Source of the DNA: Eledone cirrhosa
Lineage: Eukaryota
Reading direction: 5' to 3'
DNA length: 64,000 bases
Assembly (NCBI GenBank): GCA_964016885.1
Contig: OZ024743.1
Coordinates: 43,462,001 to 43,526,000 of the forward strand
Part shown: positions 25,214-38,927 of the stretch, one piece after another
How the letters are laid out: each line of letters starts with the position of its first letter
Position numbering within the stretch: the stretch's first letter is position 1
Made by a program: the position numbers and the translations under genes
Notes under the pieces: model-generated
What the model was told of the DNA's origin: nothing
What the model saw: the letters and a program-made list of their open reading frames with translations, nothing else
Database searches by the model: none

Positions 25214-25413
25214 TTTTTTTCAAAGAAATTATTGGATAATAATAAAAGTTAAAATTTTGGGCACAAGGCCCCAATCTTTTTGGGTGTCCTTTTCGGAAAA
25301 CAATGCTTATAAACAGTTAACAATAAAATTTTCCATAAATGGCAATTTTTAACAAACGGAAATAACAAACATTTGCGGAGCTCACGATGATACGATTTAC
25401 TACGTAGGTCGCC

Positions 25414-25464
<51 letters not shown>

Positions 25465-25466
<2 letters not shown>

Positions 25467-28400
25467 TTTCTTTATTAACCACAAGGGTTTACATAAAGTA
25501 GACATTAAGGACAATGCAGGACAATACAGGACGGTACAAATGGGCATTTCTGCGTGTAAAAAAACAAAAAAAACAGAGGGTGTAACAAAAAATAACAATG
25601 AAAAATTCCCCAATAGAGGGGAGACTTCCGAGGGACATTTGTGGAGAAAGCCCAGTAAAAAGCCACAATGACCCTGAACACCAAGGCAAGTGCCCTCTCC
25701 CAGTTTTCCACCTTTAATTTACAGATATATACTCAGAGTAGGCCCATTCACTCGGGCCATTCTTGCTTCTCTCACCCATCTTTCAACAAAATGCTGGGAA
25801 GAGAGCACTTCCCTCTCTACTCTGATTTTCCTTTTCAAATGAAATTTGAAAAAGTCAATCAGAGCATCACCGAAGAGGTAAGTGCTCGTCTTCAGCCCTT
25901 TCAAACGTGTCCACCATACTATCTCTTTCGCCATGGCCACCAGACAGATAAAAACTGCCTGCCCTTCCCGGCTAAAGGAGGAGGGATGGGGCAATCCTCA
26001 CGATGGACTCAGATGATAGCCGGATCCGTCCTAAACGCGACAGCAGGTGTTCGACATAAACCCACAAGTCAGCAATTTTCGGACACTAGACGAGTGCGTG
26101 CAGGACGGTTTCGTCGCCCTGTGCGCATCTCGGACATGCCCGGCTGACGGCACCTCCATGCCTGTAGAGTTTATCCCGAACTGGCAAGGCTCCTCGGTAG
26201 CACTGCCAGGCCAGAGATTTCTGGAAGTTGTCCATAGGCCCCGGCCCGAAAGTTCTTCCGAGATTGGCTAGTTGATTTTCGACGACGCCTAGAGTTTCTC
26301 CAAGTACGTCGTCGCTCTTCCCCTCCACTAATCCCCTATAGAACGCCGAGGTGGAGTTTCCACCGATCACATTGCCCGATTGGTCGAGGGCTGTGAGCGC
26401 CTGAAGACATTCCAGTCTCCAGGCGCTCCCTCTCGGTCTTCGCTTGACCCAGGACTGCAGCTCCGTCAAGGAAACGAGCTGGGGAAATACGTGTCTAGCA
26501 AACGGCGACCACACATGATCACCGTCGAGGAAGAGGTGGAGATGTCGTAGCCTGAGCGCGTGCCTGCGCATCATCAGCCACGGCATGCCCAGCCCTCCAC
26601 GTAGCGGGTGTTGACAACAGATGGACCGCCTGACCATCGGAGCGCGTCCCTTCCACAAAAAGCGAAAGAGCAAACGCTCCAGCGCAGTCAGGCGAGGCTT
26701 AGGACAAGGTACGACGGTCAGGCGGTAGCAGATGACAGACGCGATGTACGCGTTAGCCACCTCCGCTCGACCTTTCAGGGATAGCTTCCTCTCCGCCCAT
26801 TTCTGGGTGAGAGAAGCCACCCTGCTCGTCACCTCGTCCCAGTTTTTGTCCGTCTGGAGGTCCGGACCGAACCAGACCCCTAGCAATTTAACCGGTCCGT
26901 CCGTCCAGCGTCCGACGACGCTGTTGGACGGCATGGACCTGCCTCTCCAGGTGCCGAGCTGCAGGCCCACTGACTTTTCCTGGTTGATCATTGCTCCTGT
27001 CACCGCTTCGTATTCTCTTAGTGTAGTGCCGATCGCCTCGATGAGTTTGGAGTTCGACACCACAACGGTGACATCGTCCGCATATGCTGACACGGATCTT
27101 CCGCATCCTAGTTCGCGCGGGACGCCCCTCAACGTCTCCAGTTTGTGCAGTAATGGCTCGAGAGTCAATACGTACAAGAGGGACGCGAGGGGACATCCTT
27201 GGCGGACCGAGCGCTTGATGTTGAACGGTTCCGACAGGTGACCGTTCACTCTCACCACAGAGCAGATGTTGCTGTGCATGGCAGCGATCCAGCCTCTGAA
27301 GACGGGCCCAAAGCCAGCCGCCCTCAGGACTGCCACTAGGTAACGATGGTCGACCCTATCGAAAGCTTTCGACTGATCTAAATTGATCCAGGACCCACCC
27401 GTGCCAGGTTCCCTAGCCATCCTCTCTACCATGTATCGCATGAGGTGGAGGTTGTCGTGGATTGATCTGTCGGGAATGGCGCATGTCTGTGCCTCTCCCA
27501 CCAGACCACCAACGACAAGCGCCAACCTCTTTGCTAGCACCTTGGCCAAAATCTTGAACTCTGTGTTTAGCAGAGTTATGGGACGGAAATTATCTATGTT
27601 ATCCCCCTTGTTCGGATCCTTTCTCAGCAGTGCCACCGCTCCTCGGCTCACAGAACTGGGAATTCTCCTGTTCTGTTGCCAGTTGCAGTAGACGTCCGCC
27701 AAGAGGCCTCCGAACAAGTCTGGCATCTGTACGTAAAGTTCATAGGGCAGACCATCCAAACCAGGCGATTTACCCCTTGTGCAGCCAGTCATTGCCTCCC
27801 TTACTTCAGCGGCTGTTATCGGCTTTTCGCAACACCTCGCCTCAGTGGCCGAGAGCCGCGGCAGTCCTTCGAGGTAGACACTAAGGTCCATCCCTCGACC
27901 CGGCCCACCGCTGCCCCCGAACAGCTGAGCGAAGTGTCGCTGAAAAGCTTCACACATTTGCCCGGGATCGAGTAGCATGCGCCTGTCGTGGTCCACCAAA
28001 GACCGGATCGTGGCTTTGTTGCCACGACGCGCCTCCGCCACTCGGGCCCATTGAACGGCTTTCGTCCCCTCGTGTCTGAGAGCACGCACCCTTGCTCTGA
28101 CAACGCAGCCTTCGTGCTTTGCATTGAAGAATTGGTCAAGGGCCAATTTCGCCGCAAGCACGTCGGTCGCAATGCCTTTGCTAAGCGCCTCGTCTAATTT
28201 TCTAACTAGTTCTCCCTCTGCTCTATTTTTCTCTATTGCTAAAGCCTTACTAAACCTAATGGATTCTATTCTAATCGCTCTTTTCAGAGCAAACCACCAC
28301 TTGTTGTTGACGATGGCCCACGTCAACGCCCGCTTAACAAGTTCGCTAATCCGGTCTCTGTAGGCCTTGCGCGCTGGTAAGGACGCATTTAGCTTCCAAT

Positions 28401-31400
28401 AGCCGGGTCCTCGTCTATGAAGCCTATCTAAGTCTAGTACACAGTTCACGAATTTGTGGTCCGTGTAGCTGACTATCTTGAATTGTGGACAGCCTATGCT
28501 AGACCTATCTATTTCCCTACAAAATACTCTATCTAGATATGATCTGTATGTCCCTATGCGATTTGTTCAAGTCCACATTGGCACATTCGGGAAATCCAAT
28601 CGGTACCTGTCAGACAGTTCAAAACGCCTGAGCAGGTTGGTGAGGCTCTTGCACCCTCCACCCCTATCCGCTAATCCCACACAGTCCCAGCGTGCATCTA
28701 AGATCCCATTCCAGTCGCCCACTAACACTAAAGAGCGGGACGTTCCAAGAAAAGTCTCCAGACGCCGGTAGAAATCAGGCCGCCCTGCTCCTGTCGGGGC
28801 ATAGATGGCCACTAGCCTGAAAGCTTACCCGTCTCCGCCGGTCACGTCCAGCACCACCAGCTTACCCTCTGGGTCCAGGAAGATGGCCCGTATGGCGAGA
28901 TCCAAACCTCTCCGAAAAAGCACAGCAACTCCTCCCCCCGATCCAGGACGGCTGGGAGATGCGTACACATCGTAGCCGCCAAAGATCGGTGCGAAGGCCC
29001 GTGCTTCGGAGATTCTGGTCTCGCTGATGGCCACTACATCTATGTTTAGTGACCTGAGGTTGTTGAGCAGCTGACCAAGCCACGCGCATTTATGCTGCCT
29101 ATTCTGTGTGAGGTCATGTTTAAAATAGAGTGGAAAAGATTGGAAAGACCACTTACCGTAGTTTTGGTAGAGGAGGGATGGTTTTACATCCCTTTTCACT
29201 TGATCGTCTGGTGAAGGGACCGTTGAATCGTCCCTTCGGCTGGTCGTCGGCTCTTCTAAGAGAATGTCTGAATATACTCTTCGATTGATAGTTCCTCCTA
29301 GGTCCCTGAAATCACCAACTGCGTTGGGGAATTTCGTTTTAATGTTTGTGTATTGTTTCTGTGCTATTTTTTGCAGTCTTATGTTAGTTGGCGTTTTAAT
29401 TGGTGCTGGTATTATGTTGTCGTGTTGTGAAATGTCTGTGTGTTCAATTATGTAAGTCATTAGTTTCTTGTGTGTATTTATTGCCGTGCATTTGTTTTTC
29501 TGGGGGTGGGGTGTGGTTCTGCTATTTTCTTGCCGTTGTTGCTGGGTCTGTGTTTTGTTGTTGTGTTTGCGATGTTGGTGCTTGTGGTGGTGGTGTTGAA
29601 GGTGTTGTTGGCGGTGGGGTTGTCGCCGGTGGTGATGGTGGTGCTAGTGTGGGCGATGATGGTGTTGGTGGTGTTGCTGCTGTGGGTCTCTTTGCAGTAG
29701 ACTTTACCCTTTTCTCATTTCTTTCCTCCCTTTTCAAAGGCGACGATGCGCTGTTTCTGCGTTTGTGCCTTCTTACGACCTCACACTCCATGTCTGATTC
29801 TGTGAGGTCGGGAAGGGGTACCAGCTCCACTCTTTCACTTGTTGTTGTTGGTGATGTTTGCACTGGAGTCTCTGTTGCAGCTGCATTTGGTATTGCTGTT
29901 GTTGTTGTTAATATTTCCACTGCTGCTGCTGTTTTTGATTTCCTTGGCGTGGGCATGGGTGCCACGGACCCATCGTTCCTGGTTGCCGCTTGTCCTGTTG
30001 CTGGTAGCCGTGGAGCCGGTTTTGGAAGGAGGGGGGTTTTCTCCTTTCTCAGGGTCTTCTCGTTGCAGAAGGCCCTGAGGTGAGTCTTCGATCCACAGCG
30101 AAAGCATTTCGGGCGTTTTCCCTCAACACTTATGGGCAGTTGAGTGCCGTTATCGAAGTCTATCACATCCGGGATAGCTTCGATGCACTCCTGGTTGGTT
30201 TGAATTAGCATCTCAATGGAGGTGCCGACCCAATCTTCTCTTACTTTTTTCTGTACATGCAGTACAGTTGTTTTGTCCTCGATTCCGACGAGGACAGACG
30301 CGGCCAGCCAAGAAGGGGCCAAGAAGGGGGGGGACGGACGGACGGACGTGGGTCAGTTTGACCCTCACAATTTTTTGCCCGCAGTAGGAGGGTACCAACA
30401 GCATTTCCTCGCTCCTTAGTGTCACTACGGATTGGGCCTTTGCCTCCTGGGGTGTGGTAAAAAGTACGTCTACGGTGGCATATGTTTTTCCTCGGGTGAT
30501 GTACGTTTTCCGCTGCCACACAGACCCCAAGGCTTTTTGTATTTGAGCCTCTGTGGCTCTTTCCACCCTACGGGATATTGTACTTACTGTACGGTACGTG
30601 ACCGTACAGTGCTGTTGGGTTTCGAAAAATGTTTCCGGTGCCTTGCAGATTACTCGGTGTCCAGTCTTTGTCACCATCTTCTTCGCTTCGTCTAATTCCT
30701 CATTTGTTATGAGGATTGTTTCCAAGTTTTTCGCAATACCTGAAAATGAGATTGGTTTTTCTTTGCTGCTGTTGTTGTTGTTGTCGTCAGAGCTGCTGTT
30801 ACTTTTGTTGTTGCTGCAGGTACTACGACTACTGCCTCCGCCGCTGTTGCTGTGGTTGTTGTTGGTGTTGCTGCTGCTAATGCTGTTGCTGTTTATGCTG
30901 CTGGTGATGCTGTTGCGGCTGCTACTGTTGTTTTCATTGTCACTGTTGCTGTTGTTATTACGGCTGCTACTGCTATTATTCCTGACGTCAGACGAATGAA
31001 CTGGGTTTTCGTATTTCCCGCACACCTGTTTCGTCGCTGTCGTCGTCGTCGTGGAGAAACCTTGCACGCTTTGCACGAGACTTTTCTTTTCTTTCGTCGC
31101 TTGCGAAAGAGAAGGGAGGGAGAGAGACACATTTAAAGAAGGGAGGGAGGGAGACAATCTTCTCTCTGCTGTAGTGACCATTGAGGAAAAAGAAGACGGA
31201 ATGAGTGGGAGTGACCTATGCAAATTCTTTTTCGTAGCCATGTTGTTTTTTTTGTTTAAAATAAATATTGGGTACAAAAACCCAATAAGCAGTTATTTAA
31301 CCCCGAAGGGCCAAATAACGGGCAGAAAGACCCCTCTCACCAGAAGGAGGGTGTTTTTGTCTACAAGTTGGTCTAAGTTTTAAACAATTTACAATTGTTA

Positions 31401-31457
31401 TAGCGTTCAAAATTTACAGTACCTTACAGAGCCGAGCCTCCGTCAACCATAGCATTC
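25465..31457 (-). mobile_element. Tx1/L1-group non-LTR retrotransposon copy 3 (near-identical ORF2, different 5' UTR/ORF1)
   Basis: ORF2 pieces 26086-28449 (YADD, RQGCPL) and 28567-29100 with stops; ORF1 30213-31277 and 29522-30322 with CFRCGSKTHLRAFC; (AAT)n on both flanks. Confidence 0.93.
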
Positions 31458-31477
31458 AATAATAATAATAATAATGA

Positions 31478-32165
31478 AATCGCTCCCGTAAGTTTTGAAT
31501 TTTTAACATATTTAAATCATTTGTGAAATAACAACTCTTAGTACAAATGCTACGTAAAGCATCCGGCTTGAGCCCCAAAAAATTCGGACCCAAAATATAT
31601 TGTTATAAGGCTCAAATATTCAAATATTCAACTTTGTATTGTACATTGTATATTTAAAAAAGAAAATGGCTATAAATGGAAGAAGAACCCCCCCCCATCC
31701 TCTGTCTACGCTATATAGAACAGCCAAACAACACCAGAAACTAGATACAACACCTACCCCATCGCCTCACTGAGTACACTAAACACAACAGCCAGATAAC
31801 GGCAATTTCACCACCACCACTCACTACTGCCATCATTACCACCACTATCCCATCACCGCCGCCACCACTCCTTCATTGCTACCACCGCTACAACACCATC
31901 GCTACAGTAATACGATCACATCACCACCACCACTGCCTCGGTATCGACATCACCACCACCACTGTCTCAGTATCGATACCGCCGCTACTGTCTCCCACAT
32001 CTCCCCGCCGCCACCACTCTTTCAATGCTACCACCACTATTCCCCTGTTAACTTCAGAGAGAAAGGGGAAGGTGGCGGTATCACTAGACAAGGGAGAGGC
32101 TAGCAAAAGATATAAATAGATTGACTTAGTGACCTGGCCACCGGCCAAACGTCAACATCAACAAC
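31478..32165 (+). repeat. Unclassified repeat module X (copy 2), upstream of R4/Dong copy 2
   Basis: Homologous to 15079-15565. Confidence 0.65.
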
Positions 32166-32399
32166 TATGGGACTGCTGGCTCACCCCTTCCTCACCAACA
32201 ATATAATAAGCCCCGGCACCACCACCGACATAGCCAACAACAATAACAGCCAACTACAACAAAAAGTATATTATATTATTGTAATGCACTGGGTGATTGC
32301 TGGCCTTGTGCCTGGAGTGGGGACAGTTATTAATAATGTCATTCTTAAGCCACGCAATGCTCACATTAAGGAACCACTCATGCTAATAACAATTAAAAA

Positions 32400-35300
32400 A
32401 AAAACAACAAAAAGAAAACCCCGTGACCAAGAAATACCGAGATGGCGGCCGGCGGGGAATAGCCGTGTCACTAGGGGATAACGACCCCTCTAGTCTTGGT
32501 TGACACTCGTTCTAGAAGTGGTAACACGAAATGATTACCCCTTGGCGGATAAGGATAAAACGCGACAAAATATAGTAAATGTCTAATGATAAAATCTCAT
32601 ACCGGATCGGCCGTCACCCGGGTAAAAAAGGGCCGTGTTCCTCAGAGAGGAACCAGACTGGGGTCGAAAAATCAGCTAATGGTTCAAACCTTCCCATCGC
32701 TTCGGAGCTGGAGAACTCCCATAACCGGAATACTCCTACTGTTGGCCCTCCATGCTCACCACCAAGAAATCCAAAGAAAAAGAGAGAAAAACGGTCAAGG
32801 GAAGATAATAAAGAAGTCCTTGAGGCTTTCTACACTGCCATGTACTACCCATCAAATACATCGAATATAGAACAGACATATATCAACCGGAAAAAGAAAC
32901 ATCCCGAAAACAGAGGCTATATTGACAGTAACAAACTAGCCAATATACGAAGAAATATTGTAAGAAAAAAGTTACTAACTGATATAGAAATTGATCAGAT
33001 CAAGCTATTAGCACAAAGTCAGCGAAGGGAAAATGAAACATGTGTCAGTGAAAACGAGGTAAACTGTAACACTTCGAACACCAGGGTTGGGGCGGAATCA
33101 CTGGCAACAGAACAAATTAAAGAAAGGATCGAAAAAGTGGAGGGAGTGCATGCTCAGGATGAAACTCCAAATGAAAATAATGAGATCGTAAATGATAAAG
33201 AAATGAATGAGAATGAACTTGCCAACTTGAAGGATGAAATTATGATCGAACGGATGAAAATGAAAGAATCTGACATGGGGCAACGAGACAACCTCCCTAA
33301 AATCCAGAACTCCAAACAGAACCAAAATATAATACACAAGACTAACATAATTCTCAAAAACATTATCATCACAAACAAACTAAACATTACTGATTTAAAT
33401 CATCTCTATTATGCATCGGCTAAAGTCACCACTCACTTATGTGGAGTGAAGATGAAAAAACGAAGGAATTCCCACAAGAAATCTACTTGGCAAGAGAACA
33501 TCAATCGCCAAATAAACCTTCACCGATCTAACATAGAAATGTTAACAAACTATAAAGTAGGTGAACATGTTAAACAAACCAAACTTAGAAAATGGAAAAA
33601 AAAGTACAGTATAAAATCAACATGTGACATAGACATGCTGATAGAAATAATCAAGCAAAAAGTGTCGGCCAAAGCTGCTCGTATAAGGCGCTTTGAAAAA
33701 CGATCTAGATTCTATAAGGACAATAATATGTTCAAAAACAACCAAAGAAACTTCTACAGAAAAATTGGTAAGTCAACAATAACTGCTAAATCAATACCAC
33801 CCAAGGAGGAAGTGCAAGAATTCTGGGAAAAGATCTGGGCCGAAGAAAAAGTTCATAACATACATGCCCCATGGATAGACAGACAAATGAAAGATACAGC
33901 TCACCTTGAGGAACAAATATGGGAAAGTATAACAGTTGAACAGTTGCGCTTGGCTCTAAGAAAAACCAGCAAATGGAAATCCCCAGGAAAAGACAAAATA
34001 AAAAACTTTTGGATAAATGACTTCACAGAGTCTCATGAGCTGTTAGCCCAACTTTACAATGAAATAGTTAAGGAGCCAGAAAAGATACCATCATGGCTAG
34101 TTAACCGCATTACATTCCTGCTTCCGAAGAATGATGAGACAAACAATCCCAAAAATTACAGACCGATAACTTGCTTGACCACAATGTATAACATTTTAAC
34201 ATCAGTCCTAACTGAATACACATATGACCACCTGATAACAAATGACCTATTTCCCATTGAGCAGAAAGGGTGTAAACGAGGCTCATGTGGCTGTAAGGAT
34301 CAGCTTCTGGTTAACAAAATGATACTGGAAGATTGTCATAATAGACACAAAAATCTATCGATTACTTGGATAGATTATAAAAAAGCATTCGATAGTTTAC
34401 CACACAGTTGGATTGAAATATGTTTAGAGATTTTCAAAATATCCCCCGTTGTCAGGGGGTTTTTGTCATTCAGTATGAAGACATGGAAAACGACACTCCT
34501 TTTGAATAGTGAAACAAAATCACTGGAAGATGGAGAAGTTAATATTAATTGTGGAATTTTTCAGGGTGACTCTTTATCACCGCTTTTATTCTGCATCGCA
34601 CTTATACCATTAAGTAAAATGCTCAATGAAACAAAACATGGATATCAAATCTATGACAAAACCATTAATCACCTGCTCTACATGGATGACCTGAAATTAT
34701 TTGCAAAAAATGATGAACAATTGCAAGGGCTATTATCCACTGTGGAGCAGTTCAGTGATGACATTAAAATGGAGTTTGGACTAGATAAATGCGCCAAAGC
34801 AACGTTCACCAGAGGAAAGCTGCTGAAGAGTTCAGACATTAATCTTGATCGGAGGAACGTGATAAGAGAACTTGATCAAGAAAAAACTTACAAATATCTA
34901 GGTGTTTGTGAAGGAGACGGAATCAAGCACTAACAATGAGGGAAAGGATAAGGAAGGAATGTTACCGCAGAGTAAGAGCAATCTTAAGAACGGAATTGAA
35001 TGCAAGGAATAGGATCGATGCCATAAACACGCTTGCCATACCAGTAGTAACCTACAGTTACAATGTCATCAACTGGTCAAGCACAGAGATCCGTAGGCTC
35101 GATACAAAAATTCGAAAATTCTTAACCATGCACAGAATGCATCACCCTAAGGCAGATATAGATAGAATATATCTCCCTAGGAAAGAAGGAGGGCGTGGGC
35201 TAATCCAGTTAGACATTGCGTTGAAAACTGCAACAATTGGATTATCTACATATCTAAGGGAATCACGTGATTGGATGATCAAACTCGTTTTGAAATACGA

Positions 35301-36372
35301 AAGCATCAAAAGATCATATTCCATTACAAAAGATGCACAAAGATACAGTAATGGACTACAAATTTCAGAAGTCCCATTTACTGCTGAAATGGAAAACACA
35401 TAAAAAGCAAAGCAGTTAAAAGTAACTGCAAAGAAAGAACTGCTACAGAAACTGGCTAAGAAATCGCAAGAAAAGCCTCTGTATGGAAAATACCCAGAGT
35501 GAGTTAACAATCCTGATGTTGACAAAACTTTAACCCATCAGTGGTTGGCATCCTCTGGACTGAAATCGGAGACTGAAGGACTGATTATATCGGCACAAGA
35601 TCAGTGTCTGCCAACAAAAAATTACCAAGCCAACATAATAAATAATGGGTGCAGCCCATTATGCCGTGTATGCAAAAAACAACCAGAGACCATTGACCAT
35701 ATAATTTCAATGTGCAGTCCTATAGCTCCAACCGAATACCTAAACAGGCATGACAGAGCTGCACAATACATACATTGGATAATGTGTAAACATTTTGACC
35801 TGCCCCATCAAAAGAATTGGTGGGAGCATCAACCACCTCCCATACTTGAAAAAGATCACATCTCAATCTTGTGGAACTTTAGCATCCAAACAGACCGAAA
35901 AATAGATGCAAATAGACCTGATATAATATTGAAGGACTTTAAAAAGAGGGTATGCCTGCTAATTGATATGTCTGTTCCAATAGCCAAGAATGTATCTATA
36001 AAAACATTTGAAAAATTGAGCAAGTATAAGGACCTGGAGATAGAAATTGGAAAAATGTGGAAATTGAGAACTAAAACAATACCAGTGGTTGTAGGCGCTC
36101 TGGGAATGATACCTAAGGGGTCTAATGATTACTTACCGCAGACGCCAGGAAACCCGCGAATAGGAGAAATACAAAAGATAGTATTAATGGGAACTGCCCA
36201 TATACTAAGGAAGATTCTGTCAATATAAGTACATCACAAGTCTAAACACTAAAGATGCATGTGTGAATATGTATGTTCTTTCTTGAACATGGCGCACCTT
36301 GTTGTCTCCTGAGGTCACTGGTTGTGACTTGGTGATAACTCGTATGAACATAAAGCATGATAAATGCAACTG
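32400..36372 (+). mobile_element. R4/Dong-like non-LTR retrotransposon copy 2 (near full-length, a few in-frame stops)
   Basis: One reading frame 32579-36228 interrupted by stops near 34931, 35401 and 35500: RT ([29 protein letters not shown]), CCHC (CRVC..H..C), RHD, and a PD-D..K RLE; (TAA)n tail. Confidence 0.92.
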
Positions 36373-36403
36373 TAATAATAATAATAATAATAATAATAAT
36401 ATT

Positions 36404-36414
36404 GAGAAGAAGAA

Positions 36415-36449
<35 letters not shown>

Positions 36450-36541
36450 AGAAGAAGAAGAAGAAGAAGAAGAAGAAGAAGAAGAAGAAGAAGAAGAAGA
36501 AGAAGAAGAAGAAGAAGAAGAAGAAGAAGAAGAAGAAGAAG
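36404..36541. repeat. (GAA)n microsatellite
   Basis: Long GAA tract following the (TAA)n tail. Confidence 0.95.
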
Positions 36542-36544
36542 ACT

Positions 36545-38882
36545 AGAATGGGTATGCATGTAAAGACGTTGCTTGAATCTATTGGCGGTTAACCCTATGT
36601 TGGCCATAATGGGCGTGGGTTTTTCAACCTTACATTTGTAGACAATGTTACTAGAGAGGCATTTCCCGGAAAGGTGGCAGTCAACCCGATTCCTACAATT
36701 ACTGTTAGTACTAGCTAGGGTTGGACGAGTTCTTACGGCTAGATAATTTAGCTAAATTTGAAGCATTGATGTTATGTTCAAGGATAGGAGTCGTAGAGTA
36801 AGAAATATTAATGGTATTTCTATTAAAAATGGTATTATATTTATGTGCTGGGGGGAAATGCTGCAATATAAGGGAGAGAAAGATCTTAGCTAATGGTGTG
36901 GCCACCTCCATATTATATGGTGGGTTTTACCATATAATATGTCGTGATCTATTTTTCCTAGGTCTATGCGCATACTCGATATATGCTACCTTATCGACAA
37001 ATCCACTCCGAGCAAGAGCGTCATTGTAATATGTGGAATGGTCGGTGAAAGTATGCTCGTTTGTAGATAAACGGGAAACCCTCAAAGAAACGTTTCTTAC
37101 CAGGTTCTTGGTTATGCTGGCAGGATGGTTAAAATGCTTACTTAAGTAATTAAGCGTATCATTTGGCTTTCTATGGAGAGCTTGAAGCCTTTAAAGAAGG
37201 CTGTGTGTTCTTTTCTGAACCTGTCGCAAGTGCGTGGGCCGCACTTTGTCATGGTCAAAAGACCGTCATCACGGTACAAACAACCGCCCACGTTGGGGAA
37301 TACTTCCCTGATAGAGAAAAGAAGGAAAAGGCCGATAAGATCAGTAACCTCCGCAGAAACACTGGCGCCCATACTCACGTCGAAAGAGGTACTATTAGAT
37401 GTTTTAATCCAAATAGAGTCGTCGAAATTAATCAGCGACTTACGAGCATTGAGGAAGACATCAACTTCGAAATCTTTAACCACCGTGAGCGTTTTAGCGA
37501 AATTGATAGCTCTAATAAGAAGTGGTAAAGTGATGGAGTAGTAGTAATTATTAATGCAGAATTGGATAAAACGGCAACGGTCCTTGTTACATATGCCGTT
37601 GAACCAATCAATCACCGCGAAAGAATTGTTCCACAGTGCAAGAGGGACCAAGCTTCTAATTTCAGGTATACTTCTATCTAAAATCCTTTTACTAAGTCCA
37701 CCTAAATCGGACATCGTAGAGTTAATAACCGAAAAGAGGGGTTGTTCGGGAAATTGGATGTGTGGTCCTTCAGGTTAAAGTGGGGTGAAACAGGATCCAG
37801 AGGTTCAGTCCGGTCCATGATGTTGAGATCAGAGATGATCTTAAACCCAGCATCGTTGATGTCATTAAAGACACACCGATTAGTTTTACGGTAATCCTTA
37901 GTTACAGCATTATGTAGCAGTTGATGGTAAGTACTGCGCTCCACTTGATATAGATTGCCAGTTTTATCGGAGTGGACGTGCACGGCATAAGAATTCTTAA
38001 TAGAAAGAATTCTATTCATCAGGTCCTGCTGGAAGGAATTGCTCCTATTCCGAAATTTGATACTCCGTATGAGTTCCAAGACATCATTTTGGAAGGGTAG
38101 AAATGCTGGGTTACTCGGAGGGTTATTGTAGGTTTTAAACCCAAATGTATCCTGTTTGTTGTCCGCTATTCCCTGATTATCGAAATAAAAGGCGCGCCAA
38201 CGCAACCTTTTAATGAACGAGTCTGTTTTCTGTATCAGGAGTTTTAGGTATTTTTTCCTGTTTGGTACGGGTATGTTCTTTGTAGAAATATTCAGATGTT
38301 GTTTGTGCATGATTAATATAAGTCATTAGAGTACTCAACCGAGGGAGCCAAATAATAAATTTGAAGACTAAAATACAAAGATGGCTCGATAAGGATAAGT
38401 ATATATCAAATATTTAAGAACCGTAGAGGAAATATTTATTAAAATAACAGATTAAATTTTAAGCAAAGAATCGCTGCTTTCACCCTTAACGGGATCTTCT
38501 GAAACAAACAAAAAATCAATATGTGTACGCAGAAATAAATATTTCGAAAAACGTTGCAACCGAAGGAAGACAGGAAGACGATACTTTGGTTCGTGGAGAC
38601 GTTCCCTGGCAAAGAACGAAAAAAAGGAACATAAAACGTCATTATGTGGCGCGTGAGAACAATTATACGTCAATACAAAACCACGTTTATGGTATAACTG
38701 AAGTCGTAGACAAAATTCTATTTACGAAACCGAATGATTCTCGGCTTCAGAATTAAGAATAATGTAAATAAATGACAGAGGTTATTGAAATCAACAATAA
38801 TTACATATATACATGCACGCATCCGTATACGTACATACATATGCATACGCGAAAACACCCGCCATGGATATGCAAATAAGTA
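36545..38882 (-). mobile_element. Naiad-like Penelope-like element with 5' region, decayed, truncated within the endonuclease
   Basis: N-terminus STKNIPVP...KRLRWRAFYF (37702-38310); RT VSMGA...YRDDGL (37142-37714); EN start YIG-like..ANRFKQR near 36560-36620. Confidence 0.85.
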
Positions 38883-38892
38883 TATATATATC

Positions 38893-38919
<27 letters not shown>

Positions 38920-38927
<8 letters not shown>

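Larger units (their letters stand above)
19523..25413 (-). mobile_element. Tx1/L1-group non-LTR retrotransposon copy 2 (full-length, best preserved)
   Basis: Same 5' end as copy 1 (ggcgacctacgtagt), frameshifted ORF1, 1121-aa ORF2, AATAAA, (AAT)n on both flanks. Confidence 0.95.

Noticed and set aside
20781-28771. Antisense and alternate-frame ORFs repeated across the Tx1 copies
   Set aside because: Expected shadow ORFs of a GC-rich coding sequence, shared only because the copies are similar.
28825-29460. Genomic ORF1-ORF2 in-frame fusion in Tx1 copy 3
   Set aside because: Caused by a net 19-nt deletion that disrupts the first APE motif and is followed by stops; best read as decay.
38695-38752. 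CTGAAGT..GAAAC hairpin-rich segment
   Set aside because: Antisense to the element, lacks the UH site and stem I; only a local inverted repeat.
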